Source of the DNA: Bacteroidales bacterium
GTDB lineage: Bacteria > Bacteroidota > Bacteroidia > Bacteroidales > P3
Length of the DNA stretch: 64,000 bases
NCBI GenBank assembly: GCA_017451385.1
Contig: JAFSPS010000008.1
Location: forward strand, 89,750-153,749
Direction of reading: 5' to 3'
Under the pieces are notes generated by a model. That model had not been told where the DNA came from. It saw nothing but the letters and a program-made list of their open reading frames with translations, and made no database searches. The position numbers and the translations under genes are program-made. Numbering within the stretch: position 1 is the first letter of the stretch; each line of letters opens with the position of its first letter. Positions 44,898 through 54,509 of the stretch are shown here, piece by piece.

Positions 44898-46223
44898 TTA
44901 ACGCTTTACAATCTTGCGTACAGCGGTGCCTTCTGCGGCGTTGATGCGGAGCATATATACGCCGTTGTTGATACCGTTGATGTTGATGGTGTTGTCCTCA
45001 GAAGTGATGATGATGCGGCCAGTGAGGTCGAGAAGTTCGAGGCTGCTGATGGTGACACCATTGACGCGGACGAAGCTCTGAGCGGGGTTGGGATAGATGC
45101 TGATGTTGGCGTTGTTGATGTCGTTGATGGCTGATGGGCCGGGCTGCGGTTCAGGGTCTGGACCTGGCTGCGGTTCGGAGTCTTCTTCCCAGATGGCGTA
45201 TAATGTGATATTGCTGGTGATGTTTATTTCGGTATTTTCAATAGCGCCGTTGGGGGACAGCGACCAACCAACGAAGTGGTAGCCCTGACGAGTGAAGGTG
45301 CAGCTTTGCTGGCTGGGATTGAACCAGTTGTCGTCCTCTGTGTCGAAATAAAGAGGATTCATAGTGCCCTGGCCGCCATTAGCATTGAAAGTGACAGTCC
45401 ACACATCGGGATTTTCAGGACCTGGTTGAGGTTCGTCGCCTTCGCCATCTTCAAAGATAGCATAAAAAATCATATCCATGACGATTCCTTCCAGTTCTGC
45501 ACCAGCACCGAAGTAAAGTGCATCGCCATTCTCATCAATGGTTCCCCACTGCACAAAGTGTTTACCACTGACGGAAAAACCACATTCGGGGGCTATGAGG
45601 GTGCCATTCTCACCAGTCACCATATAGTTCATAGAGCCTGTATAGTTTTCCTCGTCGTAGGGAATGAAGGTGATGACATAGGCATCAGCACGGTTTCTGA
45701 TGACGACATCGTCGATTTCGAGTATTCCACCAGCATTGGCTTGGCCGTAGTGCTGGATGACGATTTGAATCTGGTGTGTGCCAGTAGTAAGGTTGAGGCT
45801 CGAGAGTGGGAAGGATACCTGCTTCATGTATTGGCGCGTGGAATGGACGGAGTCGTTACCCAAGGCAACGACGTTTTCGCCATCAACGATAGCATAAACC
45901 ATAAAGAAAGCAACGCTGTTCTCATTGGGGTTCTGTTCGTCATAGTTGGCGGAAGCAGCAAGGAATTTGACTTCGCCGCCGTTAGCAGCCTCGGTGACTT
46001 GCATGGCAGGGGAGTAGAGGTAGGGGTAGGCATTATCAGTGGAGAGTGTGCCAGCAGGTGCTACAGAAACATAGGACCCCCAATTGGGCATATACTGCCA
46101 TGAGGATTCGTCTGCTATGCTCCATTCGGAGGTGGCGGCATCAAAAGACTGATAATATGCGTCTTGAGCGAATACTGACCAGCTGAAAAGCAAGGCCAAT
46201 GCAAATGATAAGATTTTTTTCAT
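44898..46223 (-). CDS. T9SS-sorted surface protein with Listeria-Bacteroides repeat (paralogue B)
   Basis: Start set at the internal ATG 46223 (MKKILSFALALLFSWSVFAQ signal peptide), giving 441 aa. The 48 upstream codons of the track ORF are AT-rich leader. The last ~85 aa are nearly identical to paralogue A. Confidence 0.85.
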   Translation of the reverse strand: MKKILSFALALLFSWSVFAQDAYYQSFDAATSEWSIADESSWQYMPNWGSYVSVAPAGTLSTDNAYPYLYSPAMQVTEAANGGEVKFLAASANYDEQNPNENSVAFFMVYAIVDGENVVALGNDSVHSTRQYMKQVSFPLSSLNLTTGTHQIQIVIQHYGQANAGGILEIDDVVIRNRADAYVITFIPYDEENYTGSMNYMVTGENGTLIAPECGFSVSGKHFVQWGTIDENGDALYFGAGAELEGIVMDMIFYAIFEDGEGDEPQPGPENPDVWTVTFNANGGQGTMNPLYFDTEDDNWFNPSQQSCTFTRQGYHFVGWSLSPNGAIENTEINITSNITLYAIWEEDSEPQPGPDPEPQPGPSAINDINNANISIYPNPAQSFVRVNGVTISSLELLDLTGRIIITSEDNTININGINNGVYMLRINAAEGTAVRKIVKR

Positions 46224-46356
46224 GATGTTTTGATTATTGATTAGTATTATTATATCTGTTTTTGTGTTTTTGTGGTGCGTTAGCGAATACGAGTAATTGT
46301 TTATAGGTACGTTTTGGTGTTTTTTTATTGTAAAAAGAGTATTCTCCATCATTTTG

Positions 46357-46364
46357 CAAAGGTA
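46357..46364 (-). promoter_or_regulatory. candidate -7 box TACCTTTG for 44898..46223
   Basis: The minus-strand sequence CTTTTTTGTACCTTTGCAAAAT lies 134 nt upstream of the ATG at 46223. Confidence 0.4.
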
Positions 46365-46399
46365 CAAAAAAGTTGTTATAATACAATTTTTTTTGTGTT

Positions 46400-46855
46400 C
46401 TATTCTCTGTTTTTGCTATCAATGCAGATGGTTACAGGTCCGTCGTTGACGAGGCTGACTTGCATGTCGGCGCCGAAACGGCCTGTCTGTATGGGATGTC
46501 CGAGCGAAGAGGAGAGGTGTGTTATGAGACGTTCGTAGATGGGTATGGCTGTTTCGGGTCGTGCGGCGCGGATGTAGGAGGGGCGGTTGCCATTCTTGGT
46601 TGATGCCATGAGTGTGAACTGGCTTATGAGGAGCACGTCGCTTCCCGCCACGTCGGTGATGGGCAGGTTCATTACGCCTTGGCCGTCGTTGAATATGCGC
46701 AGTTGCACTATCTTGCGGCAGAGCCATTCGATGTCTTCGTCGCCATCGGTCTCTTCGATGCCGACGAGAATCATCATGCCGCAGCCGATGCTCCCGACTG
46801 TTTTACCGTCGATGGCGACGCTTGCCTCATTGACGCGTTGTATGACTATTCTCAT
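46400..46855 (-). CDS. dtd: D-aminoacyl-tRNA deacylase
   Basis: 151 aa with MRIVIQRV, SQFTL and GRFGADMQVSLVNDGPVT. Confidence 0.93.
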   Translation of the reverse strand: MRIVIQRVNEASVAIDGKTVGSIGCGMMILVGIEETDGDEDIEWLCRKIVQLRIFNDGQGVMNLPITDVAGSDVLLISQFTLMASTKNGNRPSYIRAARPETAIPIYERLITHLSSSLGHPIQTGRFGADMQVSLVNDGPVTICIDSKNRE

Positions 46856-46875
46856 ATAGCTTATTGTTGTATGTC

Positions 46876-49206
46876 CTACTCGTCGTCGTCCTCAACGATT
46901 TTAAGTTTTACGTATTTAAGGAGTAGGATTCGTTCGCCAGAGGTTTCAAAGAATATTTTGGCACGTCTCTCGCCGCCCAAGATGTCGATATCGGTAACTT
47001 TGCCGATGCCGAAAATATCGTGCTTTACGGTAACGCCAACTTGTATTTTGTCCTGTTCTTGTTTTGGCCGTGGAGGTGTTGGGGCATTGCGCAGGGTGGG
47101 TTTGGTGGGGACGGTGCGTGCTGCGGGCTTGTAGGTGGGTTTGCTGGCGGAAGTGCGTGGTAGGCTGGCAAAGGCTCGCGGCAGGGTGCCTGCTTTGGGG
47201 AATGCACTTCTCTTGTTGGGCAGTTCGATATAGCGAGGGTCAATTTCTTCGACGAAGCGGCTGAGTTCCTGTGTGGATGATTTGCCGTATTGGTAGCGCG
47301 TCATGGCGAAGGAGAGCGTCAGCTTCTTCATGGCGCGTGTCATAGCGACATAGAAGAGTCGTCGTTCCTCTTCGAGGCTGCGCCTATCGCCAATGGACAT
47401 GAAGGAGGGGAAGAGGTTCTCCTCCATTCCGACGACAAATACTTGGGGAAATTCAAGTCCTTTGGCGGCATGAATTGTCATCAGAGCTACTTTGTTGGGG
47501 TCGTCTTTCTCTTTGTCCTCGCTGGTGAGGAGAAGGACCTGTTGCAGGAACCTGTCGAGCGTTTTTTGTTCTCCGTTTTCTACCGCAGCATCTTCGGGGC
47601 TGTCGGGGGTTATCTCGTCCGTGGTCTCGCAGAACTCCTGAATGCCGTTGAGGAGTTCTTGAATGTTCTCCAGTCGGCCTTCATTTTCAGGGTCTGTGTC
47701 CTCTTTGAGAAGTCGGATGATGCCCGAGTTGTAAGCTATCTGACGGCCGAGGGTGTAGGCGTCAGTTGTGTACATCATGGCGGTGAAACGTTTTATCATG
47801 GCCATGAATTCGTTTATTCGGGTGGCTGCGGCGGTGGAGATGCCGGTGTCGAGAGCTGCGAGATTCTCTATAGCCGTCCAGATGCTGATACCGTTGTCGG
47901 CAGCTGCGGCGCGCAGTCTGTCGAGGGTGGTCTGTCCGATGCCGCGTGCGGGATAGTTGATGATGCGCAGGAGCGACTCGTCGTCGTGGTTGTTCACCAC
48001 TACGCGCATGTAAGCCAGTACGTCTTTGATTTCTTTGCGTCCGTAGAAGGAGATGCCCTGATAGATGCGATAGGGGATATTGTTCTTGCGCAGTGCCTCC
48101 TCCATGGAGCGTGACTGGCTGTTGGTACGATAGAGTATGGCGAAGTCTTTGTAATCGAGGTCGTCATCGATGATGGCGTCGCGTATGGCATCTGCCACGA
48201 GGTAGCCTTCGTGGCGTTCATCATCGGCACGTAGCAGGCGAATGCGTCTGCCCTCGCCGTTGTCGGTCCATATTTCTTTTTTTATCTGCTCCTTGTTTTG
48301 GGCTATGACCGAGTTTGCCGCCCCCACAATGTTCTGCGTGGAGCGGTAGTTTTGTTCGAGTTTGAAGAGATGCACGCCCGGGTAGTCGCGACGGAAGTTG
48401 AGTATGTTTTCGATGTTGGCGCCACGGAAGGCGTAGATGCTCTGAGCGTCGTCGCCTACGACGCAGATGTTCTGATGGCGGGCGGCGAGTTTCTTGACGA
48501 TGAGGTATTGCGCATAGTTAGTGTCCTGATACTCATCGACGAGAATGTGTTGGAAACGAGTCTGATACTTCATCAGCACATCTGGGAAGTCGCGCAGCAG
48601 GATATTGGTGTTCACCAGCAGGTCGTCGAAGTCCATGGCATTGGCGCGGTGCATGCGCTCGTTGTAGCGTTTGTAGATTTCGGCAATCATGGGGCGTTTG
48701 CCCTCCTTGTCGGTCTGCATTGCCTCAGCGTTGTTGGCATAGTCCAGCGGGAGCATCAGTGCGCTTTTCGCCATAGAGATGCGGCTGAGCACGATGCTGG
48801 GGGAATACAGTTTGCTGTCGAGGTTCAGCTCTTTGACGAGCTGGCGTATGAGGGCTTTGCTGTCGTCGGTGTCGTAGATGGTGAAGCTGGGGGTGTAGCC
48901 CAGCTTGGCGCCTTCTGCCCGTAGTATTTTGTTGAAGATGGAGTGGAAAGTGCCCATCCAAATATTTTTGGCTTCAGGACCTACGAGAGCCTTGATGCGT
49001 TCGCGCATCTCGAGTGCTGCCTTGTTGGTGAAGGTCAGTGCGAGGATGCGGAAGGAATCGACGCCTTCGTTGATGAGGTGTGCTATGCGGTAGGTCAGTG
49101 TGCGCGTCTTGCCAGAGCCAGCACCGGCAATAATCATCACAGGGCCGTCAATGCAGGCAGCAGCCTCGCGTTGTGCTTCGTTCAGTTCAAGAAGTATTTC
49201 GTCCAT
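46876..49206 (-). CDS. uvrD: UvrD/PcrA/Rep family ATP-dependent DNA helicase
   Basis: Motifs LNEAQREA, AGAGSGKTRTL, VDEYQDTN and the C-terminal Tudor-like GVTVKHDIFGIGKV. I chose the ATG at 49206 (MDEILLELNEAQ). The track ORF start 49260 would overlap yigZ by 14 nt and remains possible. Confidence 0.9.
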   Translation of the reverse strand: MDEILLELNEAQREAAACIDGPVMIIAGAGSGKTRTLTYRIAHLINEGVDSFRILALTFTNKAALEMRERIKALVGPEAKNIWMGTFHSIFNKILRAEGAKLGYTPSFTIYDTDDSKALIRQLVKELNLDSKLYSPSIVLSRISMAKSALMLPLDYANNAEAMQTDKEGKRPMIAEIYKRYNERMHRANAMDFDDLLVNTNILLRDFPDVLMKYQTRFQHILVDEYQDTNYAQYLIVKKLAARHQNICVVGDDAQSIYAFRGANIENILNFRRDYPGVHLFKLEQNYRSTQNIVGAANSVIAQNKEQIKKEIWTDNGEGRRIRLLRADDERHEGYLVADAIRDAIIDDDLDYKDFAILYRTNSQSRSMEEALRKNNIPYRIYQGISFYGRKEIKDVLAYMRVVVNNHDDESLLRIINYPARGIGQTTLDRLRAAAADNGISIWTAIENLAALDTGISTAAATRINEFMAMIKRFTAMMYTTDAYTLGRQIAYNSGIIRLLKEDTDPENEGRLENIQELLNGIQEFCETTDEITPDSPEDAAVENGEQKTLDRFLQQVLLLTSEDKEKDDPNKVALMTIHAAKGLEFPQVFVVGMEENLFPSFMSIGDRRSLEEERRLFYVAMTRAMKKLTLSFAMTRYQYGKSSTQELSRFVEEIDPRYIELPNKRSAFPKAGTLPRAFASLPRTSASKPTYKPAARTVPTKPTLRNAPTPPRPKQEQDKIQVGVTVKHDIFGIGKVTDIDILGGERRAKIFFETSGERILLLKYVKLKIVEDDDE

Positions 49207-49246
49207 AAATGTATAGTGTGCGGAATATATGGTTGTTTCAGTCGGT

Positions 49247-49849
49247 TTATAATTGTTCAATCGATACTCCGTGGAGGAGTGCGAAGGCGTCGTAGGCTCG
49301 CTGTGCTTGCGACTTGCGCACGGCGAAGTCGAGGTGGCAGTCGAGGTCGAACTGTTGGTTGCAAGGTGCCAGTCCTTGCTCTTTGAGCAGTCGCATTACG
49401 TCGTTCATTAGTGGGTATTCGAAGTGCAGTCGGTAGGTGTTGTTGATTGTTTTCTCAATGATGGTGGCGTTGGATAGTGCGTCGCGTGCGGCGGCTTTGT
49501 AGGCGTTAGCGAGACCCGATGCTCCCAAAAGTATGCCACCGAAATAGCGCACCACGACTATTAGGGTGTCGGTGAGTTCGAATGACAGCAGTTGTCCGTG
49601 GATAGGGCGTCCACCTGTACCTGATGGTTCGCCATCGTCGTTGGCGCGATAGGAGGAGCCGTCGGCTCCGAGGATGTAGGCATAGCAGTGGTGGCGTGCG
49701 TCGAAATATTTTTTTCGCAGATTGTCAAGATGAGCTTTCACATCATCTACCGATGCCACAGGGTATGCGAAAGCCATGAACTTGCTGCCTTTCTCCTTGT
49801 AGAGCCCTGTGGCGGGTGCCGATATTGTCTTGTAGGTGTCGTCAGCCAT
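49247..49849 (-). CDS. yigZ: YigZ / IMPACT family protein
   Basis: 200 aa with KGSKFMAFAYPV, ARHHCYAYILG and DDGEPSGTGGRPI, typical of UPF0029/IMPACT-N. Confidence 0.85.
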   Translation of the reverse strand: MADDTYKTISAPATGLYKEKGSKFMAFAYPVASVDDVKAHLDNLRKKYFDARHHCYAYILGADGSSYRANDDGEPSGTGGRPIHGQLLSFELTDTLIVVVRYFGGILLGASGLANAYKAAARDALSNATIIEKTINNTYRLHFEYPLMNDVMRLLKEQGLAPCNQQFDLDCHLDFAVRKSQAQRAYDAFALLHGVSIEQL

Positions 49850-49855
49850 TGGGTG

Positions 49856-50791
49856 TTATGACTCGTAGATGGTTATGTCGCGGGATGGTTTGTCGGGTGC
49901 TTTCATACCGTTGCGCAACATGGTGCTGGAGCGCAGGATGCGTACCTCGTCGTAGAGGTTGCTGGCGATGAAGCTGTCGAGCACATGGCGTCCGCCTTCA
50001 ATGATAACAGACTGTATGCCGCGTTCGTAGAGGAAGGAGATAACCTTGTCGGGAGTAGGGCTGTCGAGGTGCCACCAGTGTTCGGGTACGTTGGCAAGGC
50101 GATGGCTGCGGTCGAGCACTATGGGTTGTGGGGAGGTGCCATAGAAGTGGCGTGGTGTGAGTTGCGGATGGTCGTCGATGAAGGTCTGGGAACCTATGAG
50201 TATGGCTGCTTCTTCGGTGCGCCAGCGGTGGGAGAGGAGGGTCTGCTGCGGAGAGGAAATCCAGTAGGGATGCCCTTCGGATGTCCACGTTGCTCGGTCG
50301 GGGGCCATGAAGCCATCAGCGCTTTCTGCCCATTTCAGTATTATGTATGGGCGGTGTTGCTCGAAGAAGGTGAAGAAGCGACGGTTGAGCCATCGGCCCT
50401 CCTTTTCAAGCACATGTTGCACAATGTCGATGCCTGCTGCGCGCAGCTTGGCGAAGCCACGACCGGCAACGAGAGGGTTGGGGTCGTCGTTGCAACATAC
50501 CACACGGCTGATGCCGCGAGAAATGACAAGGTCGGCGCAGGGAGGAGTCTTGCCGTGGTGAGAGCAGGGCTCGAGGTTGACGTATAGTGTTGCGCCATGT
50601 AGGTCGGCAGAGGTGGAGAGGATGGCGTTGCGCTCGGCGTGGTTGCCGCCATAGTGCTGGTGGAATCCTTCGGCAAGGGTGATGCCGTCGCGTACTATGA
50701 CGCATCCCACCAACGGGTTGGGACGCGTGCGTCCCAACCCGTTGGCTGCCAGATGCAGGCAGCGTCGCATGTATTGCTCGTCGGTCGGCAA
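49856..50791 (-). CDS. ribD: bifunctional riboflavin biosynthesis deaminase/reductase RibD (short reductase domain)
   Basis: 311 aa with a TTG start (MPTDEQYMRRCLHLA). CMP/dCMP deaminase zinc motifs HAERNAI and PCSHHGKTPPC, plus a RibD_C-like C-terminus. Confidence 0.85.
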   Translation of the reverse strand: MPTDEQYMRRCLHLAANGLGRTRPNPLVGCVIVRDGITLAEGFHQHYGGNHAERNAILSTSADLHGATLYVNLEPCSHHGKTPPCADLVISRGISRVVCCNDDPNPLVAGRGFAKLRAAGIDIVQHVLEKEGRWLNRRFFTFFEQHRPYIILKWAESADGFMAPDRATWTSEGHPYWISSPQQTLLSHRWRTEEAAILIGSQTFIDDHPQLTPRHFYGTSPQPIVLDRSHRLANVPEHWWHLDSPTPDKVISFLYERGIQSVIIEGGRHVLDSFIASNLYDEVRILRSSTMLRNGMKAPDKPSRDITIYES

Positions 50792-50817
50792 GTTGTTATT
50801 ATCTGGTTTATCGTAGT

Positions 50818-52224
50818 TTAAAACTCGGCTGTTTTAGGAGTGCGTGGGAATGGGATGACGTCGCGAATGTTGGCCATTCCGGTGATGAAAAGCATCAGAC
50901 GCTCGAAGCCGAGGCCGAAGCCGGCGTGGGGGCATGAGCCATAGCGGCGGGTGTCGATGTACCACTCCATGCCTTTGCGGTCCATCTGTAGTTCGTCCAT
51001 GCGTGCGGTGAGTTTCTGCAAGCTCTCTTCGCGTACGGAGCCACCTATGATTTCGCCGATTTGAGGGAAAAGCACGTCGGTGCCTTGCACCGTTTTGCCG
51101 TCGTCGTTCTGCTTCATGTAGAAGGCTTTGATGTCTTTCGGGTAGTCGGTCATGATGACGGGGCGGCGGAAATGCTCTTCCACGAGGTAGCGTTCATGCT
51201 CTGAGGCGAGGTCAACGCCCCAATAGACGGGGAATTCGAATTTCTTGCCGTTCTTGATGGCCTCTTCGAGAATGGCGATGCCCTCGGTGTATGGCAGACG
51301 CACGAAGTCGGTGTTTATCACGCTTTTGAGGCGTTCGATGAGGCCGTTGTCCACCATTTTGTTAAGAAATTCGAGGTCGTCCATGCAGTGGTCGAGAGCC
51401 CAACGGATGCAGTATTTGATAAATTCCTCTTCGAGTTCGGTGAGGCTGTCGAGGTCGTAGAATGCCATTTCGGGTTCTATCATCCAAAATTCGGCGAGGT
51501 GGCGTGGTGTGTTGCTGTTCTCGGCGCGGAAGGTAGGGCCGAAGGTGTAGATTTTGCCCAATGCCGTAGCTCCCAGTTCGCCCTCCAGCTGACCGCTGAC
51601 GGTGAGGGAGGTTTGTTTGCCGAAGAAGTCCTGCTCGTAGTCGATAGAAGCATCATCGCGACGTGGCAGGTTGTTGAGGTCCATCGTTGTGACTTGGAAC
51701 ATTTCGCCTGCCCCCTCGCAGTCGGAAGCGGTGATGAGTGGAGTATGGAAATAGAAAAATCCGTGTTCGTGGAAGAAGGTGTGGATGGCATAGGCCATGT
51801 TGTGGCGCAGACGCAGGATGGCGCCGAAGGTGTTGGTGCGCGGACGGAGATGTCCTATCTCGCGCAGGAACTCCATGGAGTGTCCTTTTTTCTGCAAAGG
51901 ATAGCTGTCGGGGTCGGCGGCACCGTAGAGCACAATGTTCTCAGCCTGCACTTCTACGGCTTGCCCTTGCCCTTGCGACTTGACCAGACGGCCATCGACG
52001 CTGACGCAGGCCCCCGTGGTGATGCTTTTCATCAGGTCCTCGTCGAAGTTGGCAAGGTCCACTACTACCTGCATATTGTGTATGATGCTGCCATCGTTGA
52101 TGGCGAGGAAAGCCACGTTCTTGTTGCCGCGTTTGGTGCGAACCCATCCTTTGATGTTGATAGAGGTGTCGAGCAGGGTGCTGACATCGTCTTTGAGCAA
52201 ATGCTTGATTTCGTAACGTTTCAT
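50818..52224 (-). CDS. asnS: asparagine--tRNA ligase
   Basis: 468 aa with an N-terminal OB fold ([23 protein letters not shown]) and class II motifs [21 protein letters not shown] and GFGLGFERL. Confidence 0.95.
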   Translation of the reverse strand: MKRYEIKHLLKDDVSTLLDTSINIKGWVRTKRGNKNVAFLAINDGSIIHNMQVVVDLANFDEDLMKSITTGACVSVDGRLVKSQGQGQAVEVQAENIVLYGAADPDSYPLQKKGHSMEFLREIGHLRPRTNTFGAILRLRHNMAYAIHTFFHEHGFFYFHTPLITASDCEGAGEMFQVTTMDLNNLPRRDDASIDYEQDFFGKQTSLTVSGQLEGELGATALGKIYTFGPTFRAENSNTPRHLAEFWMIEPEMAFYDLDSLTELEEEFIKYCIRWALDHCMDDLEFLNKMVDNGLIERLKSVINTDFVRLPYTEGIAILEEAIKNGKKFEFPVYWGVDLASEHERYLVEEHFRRPVIMTDYPKDIKAFYMKQNDDGKTVQGTDVLFPQIGEIIGGSVREESLQKLTARMDELQMDRKGMEWYIDTRRYGSCPHAGFGLGFERLMLFITGMANIRDVIPFPRTPKTAEF

Positions 52225-52291
52225 ATTATGGTTGTGTTTTTTTGTTTCTTATGGTTAGGTTGGTGCTGGTGTGCGTGGAGGTGATGTATGT

Positions 52292-53374
52292 TTATTTGTT
52301 CATGCGTTCCAGCTCCACGTCGGACATGAATTTCACATGGCGTTCCTCTTGGTCGCGGCGGCAAATCATGATGGTGTTGTCGCGCTCGGTGATGACAAAG
52401 CCGTCAAGGCCTTGCAGCACAATAGTTTTGCCTTGCGGCACATGCACCACGCAGTCTTTCACATCGTAGGCAAAGACGTTGCCAGAGATGAAGGCGTTGC
52501 CGTTGCGGTCGTGGTCGCAGGTATTGTAGAGGGCATCCCACGTTTCTACGTCCGACCATCCGAAGTTGGCTTTGAGGCCATATACGTTGTCGGCTTTTTC
52601 AATGATGCCGTGGTCCACTGAAATGTTTTCACAGATGGAGTAGATGCGTTCTATCTCTTCGCGGGGAGTGCGTTCGGAGAGTCCTGTGAAGGCCTCAGCA
52701 ATGGCTGGCAGGAAGCGCCTGTAGGCGGCTTCAAGCACATCGAGTCGCCATGCAAAGACTCCTACATTCCAGTAGAATTCGCCCGATTCGATGAAGTGGC
52801 GAGCTACTTCGTAGGGTGGTTTTTCGGTAAAAGTCAGCACCTTGTGTAGGTTGTTTGCTTTTGCTGTGGTGAGGGCTTCGTCAAATTGGATGTAGCCATA
52901 CTTGGTGTTAGGGTTGGAGGGTTGTGCGCCGATGGTGACAATCCATCCCTGCTGGCGGGCTACCTCTACGGCTTGACGCACATCGTCAACATAGGCGTCC
53001 CATCCGGAGATGAAATGGTCCGAAGGGGTTACGAAGATTGTCGCTTCGGGGCAGCGTCGTTTGATGACGGCGGCGGCATAGGCAATGCAGGGTGCGGTGT
53101 TGCGGCGTGATGGTTCGCACAGCACCTGATAGTCGGCCAGGCCGGGTATCTGTTGGTGCATCAGGTCGCCATAGCGTTCGGAAGAGACGATGACGATGTT
53201 TTCGCGCGGGCATATCTGCTCGCATCGGCGAAAGGTGCGCTGTATCATCGATTCGCCCACACCGACGAGGTCGATAAACTGTTTGGGGTACTCTTCGGTA
53301 CTCAGGGGCCAGAAACGGCTGCCGGGGCCGCCGGCCATTATGATACAGTAGTTTGTGGATTTGCTTTCTGACAT
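52292..53374 (-). CDS. mannose-1-phosphate guanylyltransferase
   Basis: 360 aa with the nucleotidyltransferase motif IIMAGGPGSRFWPLS and the overall ManC N-domain plus left-handed helix pattern. Confidence 0.82.
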   Translation of the reverse strand: MSESKSTNYCIIMAGGPGSRFWPLSTEEYPKQFIDLVGVGESMIQRTFRRCEQICPRENIVIVSSERYGDLMHQQIPGLADYQVLCEPSRRNTAPCIAYAAAVIKRRCPEATIFVTPSDHFISGWDAYVDDVRQAVEVARQQGWIVTIGAQPSNPNTKYGYIQFDEALTTAKANNLHKVLTFTEKPPYEVARHFIESGEFYWNVGVFAWRLDVLEAAYRRFLPAIAEAFTGLSERTPREEIERIYSICENISVDHGIIEKADNVYGLKANFGWSDVETWDALYNTCDHDRNGNAFISGNVFAYDVKDCVVHVPQGKTIVLQGLDGFVITERDNTIMICRRDQEERHVKFMSDVELERMNK

Positions 53375-53455
53375 TGTGGTTCTTTTGTGTTATTGGCCTA
53401 ACAGTTTTGTCCGTTAGGGGCATTCTGTCTCGCTCGATGAATTCACACTACTGAT

Positions 53456-54250
53456 TCACACGCTCACCTCGCCTTTGATATGAGGGTGCGGGTCGTAGCC
53501 TTCAAGTTGGAAGTCGTCGTAGTCGAAGCTGAAGATATCGTGTTTGCTGGCGTTGATGTGCATGGTGGGGAGAGGACGCGGTGAGCGGCTCAGCTGCAGA
53601 TGGCATTGGTCGATGTGGTTCTTATAGATATGTGCGTCGCCGAGTGTATGGATGAAGTCGCCATATCCGAGGCCTGTGGCCTGCGCTATCATCATGGTGA
53701 AAAGGGCATAGGATGCTATGTTGAACGGCACGCCGAGGAAGATGTCTGCCGACCGTTGGTAGAGTTGGCAGCTGAGGCGTCCGTTGGCCACATAGAATTG
53801 AAACAGGATGTGGCAAGGAGGCAGAGCCATCTGGTCCACTTCGCCCACATTCCATGCCGATACGAGGAGGCGACGAGAGTCGGGGTTATGCTTTATCTGT
53901 TCTATCAGCTGAGAGATTTGGTCGATGTGAGAGCCATCGGCACATCCCCAGCTGCGCCACTGTCGTCCGTAGATGGGGCCGAGGTCGCCAGAGGCATCAG
54001 CCCATTCGTCCCATATAGTGACTTTGTGGTCGTGCAGATACTGAATGTTGGTGTCGCCACGAAGAAACCAAAGCAGTTCGTAGATGATGGAGCGCAAGTG
54101 CAACTTTTTGGTAGTCAGCAGTGGAAAACCGTCGTCAAGGTGGAAGCGCATCTGGTAGCCGAAGGTGCTGATAGTGCCGGTGCCAGTGCGGTCGTGTTTT
54201 TCCACGCCGTTGTTGAGCACGTGTTGCAGCAAATCTAAATATTGTTTCAT
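53456..54250 (-). CDS. thyA: thymidylate synthase
   Basis: 264 aa with [24 protein letters not shown] and DAHIYKNH. Confidence 0.97.
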   Translation of the reverse strand: MKQYLDLLQHVLNNGVEKHDRTGTGTISTFGYQMRFHLDDGFPLLTTKKLHLRSIIYELLWFLRGDTNIQYLHDHKVTIWDEWADASGDLGPIYGRQWRSWGCADGSHIDQISQLIEQIKHNPDSRRLLVSAWNVGEVDQMALPPCHILFQFYVANGRLSCQLYQRSADIFLGVPFNIASYALFTMMIAQATGLGYGDFIHTLGDAHIYKNHIDQCHLQLSRSPRPLPTMHINASKHDIFSFDYDDFQLEGYDPHPHIKGEVSV

Positions 54251-54509
54251 AGCACTATGTGGCGTACGTTATTATTTATATATGTGTGTGTTACAAAAGG
54301 GGACACCCATTGGCGTTTATAGGTGTCCTTGTTGTAAAAACGACATTGCAAATTTACAAATAATTAGTGAATTGTGACGAGCGAATTATAAAAAGGCAAA
54401 TCTTGTCCTATTATCCGGATGCGCAATCGGTTTTGTTCCTTGTGTGGAGATGCAAAGAATGGGATATGGCATAAACCTTTGAATGAGAAAAGGAGTGTAT
54501 GCGGGCTAA

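Noticed and set aside
42399-45150. Diversity-generating retroelement (template/variable repeat) explanation for the ~250-bp near-identical 3' ends of the two paralogues
   Set aside because: No reverse transcriptase is nearby. The ~14 mismatches are of mixed types rather than adenine-specific. The conserved block is the T9SS CTD, not a variable ligand-binding tip.
46224-46367. N-terminal extensions of track ORFs (44898..46367, 54510..56363, 56333..57061)
   Set aside because: The extensions run through AT-rich promoter and leader sequence. In each case an internal ATG gives a proper signal peptide or N-terminus (46223, 56324, 56468).
54299-54330. Hairpin GGACACC/GGTGTCC between the kinase gene and thyA as a regulatory element
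   Set aside because: The stem is only 7 bp with a large loop. It could be a weak terminator or a leader hairpin, and there is too little evidence to call it.
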